Shown: piece after piece, positions 13,101 through 25,190 of the stretch
How positions within the stretch are numbered: position 1 is the stretch's first letter
How the letters are laid out: each line of letters begins with the position of its first letter
From: Camelus ferus
Lineage: Eukaryota
Assembly (NCBI RefSeq): GCF_009834535.1
Contig: NC_045696.1
Span: 11,348,001-11,412,000 of the forward strand
Length of the DNA stretch: 64,000 nt
Direction: 5' to 3'
Translations under genes and position numbers: made by a program
The notes under the pieces: model-generated
What the model saw: the letters and a program-made list of their open reading frames with translations, nothing else
What the model was told of the DNA's origin: nothing
Database searches by the model: none

Positions 13101-13544
13101 CATCAGGTGCTGCTTTTCCACTAGACTGGCCGGCTGGGGATTTACAGAGACCCCCTTGCGATAGATCTCCCTGTGAAACGCTGGCTGTGTTGACACACAC
13201 CTTCCCATAAAGATGCCCCTATCTGTTCAAGACAGGAACCAGTTAATTCTCTTAACTGACAAGACATTAAATATCAAAAGAAAAGAAAAGAAAGCCAATG
13301 TTAAGTACCAGGCACATGCCTTTTCCTTACTTCACTTGTATTATATGGGGCCCAGTCTATGCTCAGCTATTTGCAAACAAATGCCCACTGTTGGTTTCTT
13401 GTCATTTTGTTTCACTAAGAAAGTCTGATTGCCTTGATTAATCTCTTCCCATAGCACCGGTCTCCCCTTTCTGGAAGAGTCTGCAATAATCTTCCTCTTG
13501 AAGGAAATCTTTCCCTGAGAAAACTGTATTCAAGGAAAATGCCC

Positions 13545-13930
13545 AGATTTGGAAGTCAGACAGATTTAGGTGTGAATCTTTGTTCAGCTCTGTGTCCTTT
13601 GGCAAGTGATTTCATCTCTCCGAGCCTCAGTTTTCTTAGGTGTGTAATGGTGGAACCTAACTTCATCTCCTACTAGCTGTGTGCCCTTGGGCTAGGTACT
13701 TAACGTCTCTGGGCCTTAGTTTTCTTTTCATCTGTGGAAAGGGATAAACACTGGTATCTATTTCAGGGTTGTTGCTAATATTAGCTGCGTAACCATGTGG
13801 AAAGCAATTAGCTCTGGGCCTGGCATGTGGTAACCGTGATGTGAGTGTTTGCTATCAGGATTGTAATGGGTCGTTGTAAGGACTGAGTGAAATGATGTGT
13901 GTCAAGCACCTGGCACATGGTAGGTACTTG
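13545..13930 (+). mobile_element. Two MIR SINEs, one (about 13657-13857) nested inside the other
   Basis: Two MIR cores (TCTCTCCGAGCCTCAGTTTTC; GTCTCTGGGCCTTAGTTTTC) and two MIR 3' ends (GGGCCTGGCATGTGGTAA; GCACCTGGCACATGGTAGGTAC). Confidence 0.75.
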
Positions 13931-14244
13931 TCCAACCCATTCCTCCTTCCCTGATTCTCCACCCTACTACCCCCCACCCCTGTCAGCATCCGCAGCTTCT
14001 CTCTGATTCTCACCTATGAACACGTTCTCAGGTGCATCTCTGGGGCAGGCCTTACACCCTGGTCCTTCCCTCAGCTGACCTGCCCTAAATCGTGTGTATC
14101 TGTGCTGACCCCAGCATCTCCCGTCAGGTTTAGTTACTCTCTTTGGGCTGAAGCCGAGTGGATGACTAAGCGTTCCTCTACGGAGAGTGGTCCTGCTCTT
14201 CAGCATGAATAATATTCAACAAGAAAAATGAAGCCCAAATATAG

Positions 14245-14475
14245 TGTGGCAGGTTACATCTGGCCCAAAGTTTTGCAGCTCAAGAAGTGGAGTGGATTTG
14301 TCCCCCTTTGGAAAATGGGCTGGCCTTGTGACTCGCTTTGACTAATAAGATGCAGTCAAAGTGACATCGTCTGACTTCCAAAACCAGAACGCTACCCTGA
14401 GGACGTCACGTAAGGAAGCTGGTCTAACCTGCTGGAAGATGAGGGGCCATGGGGTGAGCCCAGGGGCCCAGGCCA
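14245..14475 (+). mobile_element. MaLR LTR 5' fragment, MLT1F/G/H-like
   Basis: TGTGGCAG start; GGGCTGGCCTTGTGACTCGCTTTGACTAATAAGATGCAG. Confidence 0.75.
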
Positions 14476-15024
14476 AGCTAGTACCAACTGCTTCTAATAA
14501 ATCCCTCCCCACTCGTGTGTCTGCATCCTTAAGTAAACCTGACTGGCAGCGTGGAGTGTAGGCGTTAAAAAGACTTACTTGGAGACACTTCTTTTGGAAA
14601 AGGTATTCAGTGCCACATACATATCTTGAGGTCTTCCCCAGGGGGTGCTGGGTGCCAGAGTTTGGAATGAGATGCAGGTCTTCATATTGGGAGAGTTTAC
14701 CCAGACTTTGTAGCATTTTGGAGCTTCAATCATGAAGTCAAGTTGTAGACGGGGCTGAAGTGGAGAGGGACGGCCACATTTATTATTAGAGTGAATGAAA
14801 TGTTCTCTGTGAATTTTTCCATCTCTGTAATTCCAATTTGACCTAATTCTGCACATGTGTTGGACACTTTGGAGACCATGAAAACAGAGATCAGACGAGA
14901 GATGGATCTGGAGTTTCAATCAGCATCGAACCCTTTTTGTATTTGACAAGGACTCCATCAACATGGGATCCAGAGCTTAGAGCAGAAAGAAGCCCCAGTG
15001 TGCTCACGAGTCCACAGGTAAGCC

Positions 15025-15207
15025 GGATGGTTCTCTAGTCTCAGCTGGGCTTGCTCATCCATCTGATGCAGGGCAGGGAGGCAGCTCTGCTGATCTTGGC
15101 TGGGCTGTCACATGGACATGGCAGTCGGAGCTGCAAAGAGACACTGGAAGGACTGGATGCAGGGAGTGGTGAGGAATTGCAGCCATTTCTGTAACCAGTC
15201 TATCCCA
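15025..15207 (-). mobile_element. MaLR LTR fragment, MLT1F/G-like
   Basis: CTCTGCTGATCTTGGCTGGGCTGTCACAT; TGGATGCAGGGAGTGGTGAGGAATTGCAGCCATTT. Confidence 0.6.
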
Positions 15208-15682
15208 GGTTGAGGGACGCCATAGTGCTCTGATGTCATGGAAGGAGCCAAGATATTCTATTTCCTTGTGAATTGCATGGTCTTTGGTCCTGTTATTTTT
15301 CCAACTGGAGCTTCCTTGGGTCTTCTCAGGTTTCTGCAGAAACTTTCATTGATCAGCTTTTAGTTTCACTTGCTCAGTCTTCCTGCCCACGTCCCCTGAT
15401 GTCCAGAGAGCACCAGGACATCAGACAATTGGAGTGTTTTCCCTTCGGAGCTCCTCACAGTTCCACCCTCTGGTCCACACCCCCTTGTGCCTGGGCAATC
15501 CCTCCCGTCAGCTGGCTCTCCCCCTACCCAACTTAGCACCTGGGAGGACACAGGCAGTCTTCCTCCTGAGCAGCTGAGGGCCGTGGGGTGAGGCTTAGCT
15601 CCTAACTCCAAAGCTCCAAGTAGTTTTCATCCTACAAGCCCTCATTCAGGACTGAAGAACCCTTCTCCCCTTGGAGCTTTCT

Positions 15683-17410
15683 TTTTTTTAATGTTTTTAT
15701 TTTTTAACTGAAGTATAGCTGATTGACAATGTTGCGTTAGTTTCAGGTGTACAGCAAAGTAATTCAGTTATACATATATATTTTTTTCAGGTTCTTTTCC
15801 ATTCCAGGTTATTACAAAATACTGAATATAGTTCCCTGTGCTATACAGTAAATCCTTGTTGTTTATCTATTTTATATGTAGTGGTACGTATCTGTTAATC
15901 CTAGACTCCTAATTTATCGCCTCCACCCCCACTTCCCCTTTGGTAACCGTAAATTTGTTTTCTATGTCTGTGAGTCTGTTTCTGTTTTGTAAATAAGTTC
16001 ATTTGTATTATTTTTTAGATTCCAAATATAAGTGATATAGTATTTTCCTTTCTCTGCCTGAGACTTACTTCACTCAGTATGATAATCTCTTGGTCCATCC
16101 ATGTTGCTGCAAATGGAACTCTTTCATTCTTTTTTATAGATGAGTAATATTCCATTGTATATACAGATATACACCGCATCTTCTTTATCCAGTCATCTGT
16201 TGATGGACACTTAGGTTGATCCCATGTCTTGGCTATTGTAAATGGTGCTGCTATGGACATTGGGATGCACATATCTTTTTGAATTAGAGTTTTCGTCTTC
16301 TCTGGATATATGCCTAAGAGTGGGATTGCTGGATCATATGGTAAGTCTACTCTTAGTTTTTTAAGGAACCTCCATACTCTCTTCCATAGTGGCTGCACCA
16401 ATTTACATTCCCATCAACAGTGTAGGAGGGTTCCTTTTTCTCCACACCCTTTTCAGCATTTAGTATTTTAGACATTTTAATGATGGCCATTCTGACTAGT
16501 GTGAGGTGATACCTCATTGTAGTTTTGATTTGCATTTCTCAAATAATTAATAACGTTGAGCATCTTTTCATGAGCCTGTTGGCCATATATACTTCTTCTT
16601 TGGAGAAATACCTGTTTAGGTCTTCTACCCATTTTTGATTGGCGTGTTTATTTTTTCAATACTGAGTTGTATGAGCTGTTTGTATATTTTGGAAATTAAC
16701 CCTTGTCAGTCATATTGCTTGCAAATATTCTCTCCTAGTCCATAGGTTGTCTTTTTGCTTTGTTTATGATTTCCTTTGCTAAGCAAAAGCTTTTAAGCTT
16801 GATTAGGTTCCATTTGTTTATTTTTGCTTTCATTTCTTTTGCCTTAGGAGACTGACCTAAGAAGATATTGCTATGATTTATGTCCAAGAATGTTTTGCCT
16901 GTGTTCTTTTCTAGGAATTTTTTTTGGTATCATGTCTTATATTTAGGTCTTTAAGCCATTTTGAGTTTATTTTTGTGTATGGTGTGAGGGAGTCTTCTAA
17001 CTTCATTGATTTACATGTGGCTGTCGGGCTTTCCCAACACCACTTTCTGAAGAGACTTTTTCTCCATTGTATATTCTTGCCTTTTTACTTGAAGATTAGT
17101 TGACCACAGGTGTGTGGGTTTATTTCTGGGCTCTCTATTCTGTTCCATTGATCTATAAGTCTGCTTTTGCGACAATACTATACAGTTTTTATTACTGTAG
17201 CTTTGTAGGATTGGCTGAAGTCTTGGCAGAGTTATGCCTCTAGCTTTGTTCTTTTTCCTCAGGATTGCTTTGGCAACTTGGGATCTTTTGTGATTCTATG
17301 TAAAATTTAAGATTATTCTGTGAAAAATGTCCTGGGAAATTTGATAGAGATCACATTAAATCTGTAGATTGCTTTGAGTAGTACAACCATTTATTAACTC
17401 CTCCAATCCC
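15683..17410 (-). mobile_element. Young lineage-specific L1, 5'-truncated, about 1.7 kb, with frameshifted ORF2
   Basis: Minus-strand ORFs 16353-16535 ([12 protein letters not shown]) and 16015-16401 ([31 protein letters not shown]...QPKCPSTDDWIKKM) are L1 ORF2 C-terminus; poly(T) at 15683; TSD TGGAGCTTTCT (15672-15682) / TGGAACTTTCT (17411-17421). Confidence 0.96.
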
Positions 17411-17524
17411 TGGAACTTTCTGAACAACTCCAAACCAGTTGCATGTACCCAGCCAGGTCCTCTCTGGGGCTATGTCCTTAGGTGTTCACTCCAAAGGGCT
17501 TCATTCCTTCATTCCCCAGGTGTG

Positions 17525-17745
17525 ATGTGCTTGTGAGCACAGACGTTGCAGCCAGGTGGCCTGGGTCCTGACCTCGGTTCATCTATCGCTTGCTGACTAT
17601 GTGATTTGGGGCCAATAAATTACTTCTCTATAAAATGGGAAGAGGGATAATCTACCTTGTGGGTTATCCTGAGGATTAGTTGGATTAATACACCTGCCTC
17701 TCCTAGAACAGTGCCTGGAGCACAGCAGGCACTGAGTCCATCCTT
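17525..17745 (+). mobile_element. MIR SINE
   Basis: CTATAAAATGGGA...GGGTTATCCTGAGGATTAG...TAGAACAGTGCCTGG. Confidence 0.75.
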
Positions 17746-17869
17746 CTTGTCATTACTTGGGCTCTGCAGCAATTGCCACAATTAACAGACCCCACTTTTT
17801 GGTCCTCTTCCCTCTATGCTTTTCTTGTGTGACATCAATACTGGCTGCTGTTTAATTATTATTATTATT

Positions 17870-18110
17870 TTTACATTCATTCAATCCTTCCCCCTTCTTC
17901 ATTTACTCAAACACTGACTCCGTGCCTTCCACATATCAGTCGATGTGTTAGATGCAGGGGACAAAAAAAATCAATCAGCAGTGGTCTTCATCTTCGTGAA
18001 GACAGTGCATTAAACAAACACTTTAGAAGTCCCAACAGTGAGGAAGTACAAGAAAGTGTGATAAATGCTTTGGTGAGAGCAGTAGGATGCTGTAGGAGCC
18101 CAGAGTGGAA
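17870..18110 (-). mobile_element. L2 3' end
   Basis: CATTCATTCAA...CATTTACTCAAACACTGA...AGTGTGATAAATGCT. Confidence 0.6.
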
Positions 18111-19302
18111 GCAACCACTCTTTTTTTAATGCTCCAAAATGCTGTTACAACAAACGATGCTGGGTAACTGGGCCATTACCTGGGGCTTGCAAATATTTTG
18201 GCTGCACTTCACTTGGATTTTGACTGTAACCGGATTTGACTTGTATTTAGTGGCTCCATTTCCTCAGGGTTGAAAAAGAGGTCACATCTTTCAGGAATGA
18301 GACTTGACAGTGAGTAGCATTTCTTCTTGGTGAATTGTGTATAGGAAGGAAGACCATCACATGACATTGTGTATAACTCAGTACGTTACAGCTACGTTGG
18401 CGGGCCAAGTTGTTACAGTAATGGGTTTTTATAAAAATTTAATCTGTATCTCTATTAAAGAAATGCATAGCCCTAGTTTAAAAAGTCAAACAGTATTAAA
18501 AGGCTTCTATTGAAAACAGCAGTCCCCTGACCCACGTCTCCCCTTATATTTAATTTCTCCTCCCCTGAGGCAAATACTTCCAAATGTTTTAAGATGTTTC
18601 TTATGGCTTGCCTCTGTGTTTCTAAATAATATGTGTATATTTCTGTTCTTTGATTTCTCTACTTTGGATGTTCTTATACCCCACTCCTCCCTCCCCCAGT
18701 ACTCACCTACACTTCTCTGCCTCCCAAGATCCTATTTATATATATATGAAACAATGTTTGGTCAAAGAGTATTCAGGGTTTGTGTTTTTTTGACCATGTA
18801 AATATAATCACAGAAGAACCACAGAGCTGATCATGATTTCTTTTTCTTTCTTGTACAGAGCTTTTGTTTTCCTAGAGTTAGTAATTGCCTTATTTTTAAA
18901 ATTTTGCTTAACTTTCTGTGTACTTGCCATTAATTTGTTATCTCTACCAGAGCTTAAATTCCCGTGACTATCAGTACATCAAGCTCCATTTTTATCTTAG
19001 ATATATCTGTCCTGGACGATTTCTTGACTTGCTTCCAGAAAGACCCCAGACTGACCCCTGGAAAGACTCCAGACACCAATTCTGTCCCTTGCCTTCACAC
19101 TCGTAGTAGGATTTCCCTTCATTACCACCATGACCGTTCCCTTCAGCTCTTTCCCACGTTGGCGCCTTTGTTTCCTTGGCCTCACATGGTCTTCTTTGAA
19201 AAAATTACTTCCTCTTGTTGGTGCAGCATCTTGGTAGGTGGAGTCTGTGAATGTCAGAAAAGAACTTCATTCTACCACCAACTCGATTGCTAGGTTGGCT
19301 GG

Positions 19303-19822
19303 TTTGATGTTTAATTTTCTATGTCAACTTGGCTGGGCTAAGGGATGCTCAGATAACTGGTAAAACATTATTTCTGGGTGTGTCTTGTCTGTCGGGGTGT
19401 TTCTGGATGAGATTAGCATTTGATTCAATAGACTGAGTAAAGAAGATCCACCCTCACCAAGGTGGGCAGGGCCCAAATAGAACAGAAAAGTGAAGGAAGG
19501 GAAACTCACCTCTCTTTCCTCTTGAGCTGGGATGTCTATCTTCTCCTGCCCTTGGCCATCAGAGCTCCTGATTCCCAGGCCTTCAAACTCTGGGACTTTT
19601 ACCAGTGGTCCCTAAGTTCCCATGCCTTCAGCCTCAGACTGAATTATACCACTGGCTTCCCTGGTTATTCAGCTTGTAGATGGCAGACTGTGGGACTTAG
19701 CCCCCATAACTGCATGAGCCAATTCCTGTAGGAAATCACCTCCCACCTACATTTGCATCTATGTCATCTAGAGCTATATCATCTCTCTTTTTTGTTGTGT
19801 TTCTTTGGAGAACTCTAACATA
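19303..19822 (+). mobile_element. ERVL solo LTR, MLT2B/D-like
   Basis: TGTCAACTTGGCTGGGCTAAGGGATGC...GATGAGATTAGCATTTGA...GTTTCTTTGGAGAACTCTAAC; perfect 5-bp TSD GCTGG (19298-19302 / 19823-19827). Confidence 0.93.
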
Positions 19823-20625
19823 GCTGGGTATAAAATTTTAGTTCACAAATAATTTTTAATCAGTTTTAAAAGCATTGTTCTATTCTTTTCCAGATTCCAT
19901 TATTACTATTAAAAGGTCTAATACCATTCTGATTCCAAATCCTCTATATGTGGCCTATTATTTTTTCCTCTCTTGAAGTTTTAGGGTATTTTTTTGTGCC
20001 AGCTCTTCTAATGTATACAACAGTTTGCCTTCATGTGGGTCTCCTTTTTGTTCTTTGAAGAAGAATGTAGCCCTTTCAATCTGGAGATAAATGCCTGCAG
20101 CTGGAAATTTTTTTCTGTATTTGTTCAACAACATTTTCCTCTCTATATTCTCTTTTCTCTTTTTCTAAAACTCCTATTATTCAATGTTGGCTCACTTAGA
20201 CTGACTCAGATTAGATCAGATTTTAATTACCTTATCTCCTCTTTCCTATTTTACCTTCTTTGGCTTCTCTCTGGGTGATCTTTTCAACTTTATCTTCTAA
20301 CTCTTCAATTTTTTTTCTTTTCTATTAATTAAAAAATTTTTTTCTCTTACACTTTGACTTTCCAAGAGCTTTTTCTCATTCTATATGTTCTACAAACATT
20401 ATCTATTTTTCTTAGCATCAGCTTTTTGTTTCAAATATGTAACACCTTTTCATCTTTCTGAGGAGAACTTTTGAAAGTTTTATTTAAAATTTTTTCTTCT
20501 ACTCTGGTCAACCTCTGTCTCCTTTGAGTTCCTCTTGTCTGTGGTTTTTTCCATCTGTCATTTATGCTAGAAGTTTTCCATCAGGTGCCTAGTGACCCCG
20601 TGGTTGTCCCTTTTTAGTCAAAAGA

Positions 20626-20780
20626 GGGATTTCCATTTGGGGTGATGAAATGTTCTAAAACTAGATAGACGTGCTAGTTGTACAATATTGTGAATGTACT
20701 GACTACCACAAAATTGTTCATTTTGAAATGGTCATTTTAGATTATGTGAATCTCACCAAAATTTTTTGGAAAAAAAAGAG
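20626..20780 (+). mobile_element. Short L1 3' end (L1MA/MB-class) inserted in HAL1
   Basis: TTTGGGGTGATGAAATGTTCTAAAACTAGATAG...TTGTGAATGTACT; A-rich tail; AAAAGAG on both flanks. Confidence 0.8.
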
Positions 20781-21334
20781 AGCAAAGCACAAAACTGCAC
20801 TGGGACTAGGAGCTCTGTTGTGCATGGGTCAGGCCCACTGACTGGTAGACCTGCTCCCAGGGCACTGGCCAGGAACCCTGTCATCTCATTAGGGATTTCC
20901 AAGTGTCAGTGTCCAGTGGCCTTTCCCATTAGGCAGTACAGTTTCCCCAGTGAGGAATTTACAATCTCTTTCCTGGGTTTGGGTATAAACCTGGATCCCA
21001 ATATCTGGGAACTCAAGAGTGAGGGAAAAGACGTGTTGACCTTCACCTAACCTCTTTTTTCTCAGTGTGGCTTTTCATCCCACCCTGCTACTCAAAGTTA
21101 CTTGGGGTCAACCTCCCCAGAGCATAAACTCTAATGCAGTTTGCTGTCAGGTTAGGAAGGGACAGTCCCCTGGCTGCATTGATCTGGGAGCTTTTCCTCA
21201 TGCTGACCCTGATTTTAGTCCCAACCACATCCCTGCTGTCGTGGGTTCTAGGATCTCCAGATCTTGAGAACTTCCAAATTTCTGCTTCCTTTTTGATACT
21301 CAGGGGTCTTTACCTACCCCTCAGACATAGAGTT

Positions 21335-21336
<2 letters not shown>

Positions 21337-21378
<42 letters not shown>
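21337..21378. repeat. (TG)21 microsatellite
   Basis: Perfect dinucleotide tract read directly from the sequence. Confidence 0.98.
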
Positions 21379-21381
<3 letters not shown>

Positions 21382-23695
21382 AAAACGCAAAGATGCCATC
21401 CTCTTGGCTTAAGATGTTCCTCTGGGAGGCTGCTGCTGAAGCTTTGTTCTCTGAAGGAGGGCAGTGTGGTGAGATGCATGAACGCAGGATAGGGGTTGAA
21501 AGTCTTAAGGTCTAGTCTTCACTTTGGCTCCGGCTGTCTGCACTTGAATATGTTAAGGGGCTGCTCTGCATTCCAGTCTTGTGACTATTTCCTGATCTGT
21601 TAAGTGGTGGGTTGAAGGCAGATGCCCTTGCCAGTCCCCAGAGCCAGTGCTCGGGCAGAGGCCTTTGGAAGATCAGATGTCAGCCCCTTGGGGAGTTAAG
21701 AATTACTGGGAGTCCTTTTGAAACCTCGAATCGTCATTTAATCTCATCCGTACCTTTGGAGCAAGATTTTCAGCTGAAGGTAGAAAGCACTAAAAGTAAG
21801 AGAATACCTGAAACACAAGATAATCCCTAGGGGAGAGAACTATTGAATAGAACAGGAGACCAGGGTTTAGCCTGTTGACTGAAAATTGATACGCTTTAAA
21901 TTTTCATGCGTAAAGGATGGCTAAAGTTTGCCTCACATTCCTCTACTCAATGAGCTTTCTCCTTCCTTAGATCAAATTCTGGCTCTTTCTGGCTTCACAC
22001 TGACTTTCCAAATTGCTGTTGAAATGGGTATATCTGCAGAACTCACGCTAGAGTGTCTCATCAGCACATTAGAAAAGCCAAAACAAGCCAATGACGCAGA
22101 ACAAATATTAATTTTCTAAAAAGATTTTAAAAAGGCAGCCTCGTTTATGTCCAGAAACCACTTTGGAAAGGAGAGGAGCCGCAGGGATTTGGGGAGCGGG
22201 TCTGGGGTACAGAAGAAGATACAGGCACTTAGTTAGGCAGGATGCCCTTTAGACATTAAAAAAAAAAAAAAAGTAGAGCCCTTTAACGCTGTATTCAGAA
22301 TCTAGGCTAATTCTGAAACTCCGCTGTTAATTTTAGAAAATGAGAATTGGAGGCAAGTTTGTGTGGTTTTGGTTTCATAAGTCTTGTGAGAACCTTCGCT
22401 TTCGGTTGTGCACCTCGAATGATCCCTTTCTCCCCCGCCTTCCTTCGTCTTTCACTCCCCTCTTCTTTTTATGTACTTGCCTTTCTCATCTCTTCTCAAC
22501 CTGTCTCTCTGTCTCCCCTCCCACAGCCTGCCGGTTCCTAACACGGCTGAGACCCTGCCCCAGCCTTGGGGGCTGAGACGGGCACACAGACCTCCCCCCT
22601 CTGACTGCCCTTCCCTCCAGCTCATGGCCTCTCTTGTCTGTCGTCAGGCTAACCTCCATGGGGCCTCTGAATCAATCCCTTTGGGTCCCTGATGTTTCTC
22701 TTCCAAGTTGAAAAGTTTAATTGTAAACCAGAGTGAGGCCTTGGAGGCTGAGCAGGGGAGGGTGGACGTGATAGATTCTGCCCGACCAGCAGGACACGGT
22801 CCAATGCCCACCAGCGGGGTCCCTTGGGGTTCAACACCCCGCAAGGCTGTACCCACTGACGACTAACCAGCACGTGATGACTGACAGCTTGCTCTCTCTA
22901 CACGCACAGTCTGCTCTGCTCATTTTTTCATTGAAATCTAATTTTCCTCTCAGTGCGTCTTTGCCTGACTCTCACTTTTTTCCTCTTTAGGGTGAATTCT
23001 TCAATCCATATGTCTGTTTTAACTGAGAAGTGTTGGGGAGCACAGATGGTGAGAAGGGAACTCACAAGGTAAACTTGCATCATCCTGCTGCGTCCTAGCT
23101 GAAGGGTGGCTTGAAAGGTGAAAAGGGGAAACTCAGCTTCCTTTGATATGTTAAATCAAGTTCATCTTTTTGCCTCCTTGACAAATGAGTGGAATTAACA
23201 GCTGGCTTTTTAAAAAGAAGGGTATTTTTAAACATACCTGTAGTCCAAAGGACCTCGGAATGCCTGTCAAACGTGATGAAAAATCCCGAGCCAGGGAAGG
23301 AAGACTCCAGCTGGGGTCTCCCGGCGAAGATCACGCGGCATCCTGAGTTCCTGCGGTTCAGGTGGGAAGTACCTGGGAGGCCAGGGGATCCCCAAATGTG
23401 TCCCAGCTGATTTACTGTGCAATTTTGAACCATTTAGTCTCTGCTCCACTATTTCCTTATGTGCACAACCTAAAAGCATAAAATAAATCCTGAGGGGACT
23501 TTTCATGGCACCTGGGGCCTGGGGAAGAAGGGTTTTGCAGTGTGTGCCCTCTGGCATAGGCGGGGTGGGATTGGCTGGAAAGCCAGTTGTTGGGCTGATT
23601 TCTAAGGGTGGTTGTGCCTCAGTTTCTCCCTTCACTCGCCTTTTGCTGTCAACCTTTCCCCAGGAACCAAATTGGAAGATATTTAATATTTGTAG

Positions 23696-24166
23696 AGACA
23701 AAGATTTTCTCCTCTACCAAACTGTACTCAGTTGCCATTGAACTCTGCAACTAGGCCTTGACTTTTGGATTTTCAAGTTGGTCTCTGCATTGTCCAGTTT
23801 TAGCAAGAATCCTGCTAAGTCAGTTTAACCAGAATCCCCTATCTTTGATATTTGAGCGTCCTCCTCCACCACCCCCCAGGTGATGTCTGATCACTCTGAC
23901 CTGCCTGCAGCAAGAATCCTGTTTGGTCTGTTTAGCAAGAATCCCCTTTTACCCCCTCAAGTTTCCTCTAAGTCATTTTCTGTCCACTGACCATCCCCCC
24001 CATCCTGCTCCTTGGTTCCGAAATCCCATTTGCCCATGCGGTACACAGAGATGAGTTCAATTTCTCCCCACTCCAGTGGTCCTACGCCTGTTGTCATGGC
24101 CCGCCTTGAATAAAGTCTTCCTTACCGTGCTTTCACAAGTGTCATTGAATGATCTGTCCTTTGGCA
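23696..24166 (+). mobile_element. ERV1 solo LTR, MER31-like
   Basis: GACAAAGATTTTCTCCTCTACCAAACT start; repeated AGCAAGAATCC units; AATAAA near 24108; ends in CA; possible degenerate TSD GTAG/GTAT. Confidence 0.8.
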
Positions 24167-24199
24167 GTATTTTCGACTTAAATGATTCTTTCACTGCTT

Positions 24200-24345
24200 G
24201 TAATCCCAGCCTGCGACAGAGCTGTTGTTACGGTTGTTGCTTCAGATGAAGAAGAACTAAAATTCAAACAGATTAGGTGCCTCACCCAACCTCACACAGT
24301 CGGGAACTGAGTTTCACCACCATCCGGGTCTTTGACTCGCAAACC
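24200..24345 (-). mobile_element. MIR SINE
   Basis: CAGATGAAGAAGAACTAAAATTCAAACAGATTAGGTGCCTCACCCAACCTCACACAG. Confidence 0.6.
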
Positions 24346-25034
24346 CACGTGCTTGCAGAAATGAGGCAGAAGTGAGGTGCATCTCTAGTCTGAAGAATCC
24401 TTGGAGCAAAAAGCATTCGTGTCAGGGCTGAGTTAGGGGTACCGTTTAGGTGAGTTCTCACCCCCTACCCCAATGAACAGGGGCAGTTTTATCTGCTAAA
24501 ACAGGAAAGTGCTAACTCTGACTCTACAATAACAGGTGCATTTCCCAAGAAGGTAACTATCCTAGCAGCATCTAAGCTTTGAAAAGTGCACTGGGAATGG
24601 TCTGTTGGATATTTTGGGCCAGATCTGTACCAGGGGAAATCATTGGAGTGATTTGGAAGAGCTTTTTTAAGCCCACCAAGCCCTGAAATGAGGTGGTGCG
24701 TCATCCAAGACGTCACTTGCTTCTTAAAGGCTCTCCAAGGCACCCGTTGGCGCCAGCAAATCTCAGACGCATTGCCACTGGGTCAGACTGGGAGCTAGGG
24801 GACACTCTGGAAGAAATGGATCTGAAAGGAGCCCAGAGACCTTACCGTTTAGTCGACAAGCTCAGAATAAGGAACTGAAGAGAATATGTAGTCCTCATCC
24901 GGGCTCTGCTGGGGTTGCTAGGAACTTGTCATTAAAGGCTGAGGGCAGTGGGTTTGAGATGAATGCTGCTCTTTATGAAATGGTCCAGCAAGGATGTTAG
25001 AGAGGAAATCCAGGGGAAAGAAAGTAGGAATCAT

Positions 25035-25190
25035 GTGAATGGGGTCTGAATTCTGGACCAATTATTAACTACTCGAATGGCCTTGGAGAAGTAACCATTT
25101 CCCTTTTGTCCTCAGTTTCCTCATGTGTACAGAGGTAGTTAGGCAAGGTGATCCCATTTTTTAAGCCTCCTCTAACCATCTGATGTTCTT
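25035..25190 (+). mobile_element. MIR SINE
   Basis: GGCCTTGGAGAAGTAACC...CCTCAGTTTCCTCATGTGTA. Confidence 0.65.

Larger units (their letters stand above)
18430..21310 (-). mobile_element. HAL1 (half-L1) element, near full length, interrupted by an MLT2 LTR and an L1 3' fragment
   Basis: HAL1-typical antisense run CTTCATTCTACC...GATTGCTAGGTTGGCTGG|GTATAAAATTTTAG...GCATTGTTCTATT...CCATTCTGATTCC; an L1-like 3' end near 18430 follows ORF1-like sequence with no ORF2 between them. Confidence 0.7.

Noticed and set aside
14951..15017. Possible exon ending in a strong donor CAG|GTAAGC
   Set aside because: The acceptor is weak (AAG), there is no recognisable peptide, and it sits between LTR fragments.
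16015..16535. L1 ORF2 peptides as a functional CDS
   Set aside because: The element is 5'-truncated and frameshifted, with no promoter, ORF1, endonuclease or RT core. It is a retrotransposon fossil.
23790..23945. Repeated AGCAAGAATCC units with spacers, superficially CRISPR-like
   Set aside because: Short, irregularly spaced internal repeats of a MER31-type ERV1 LTR in a mammalian genome, with no cas genes.
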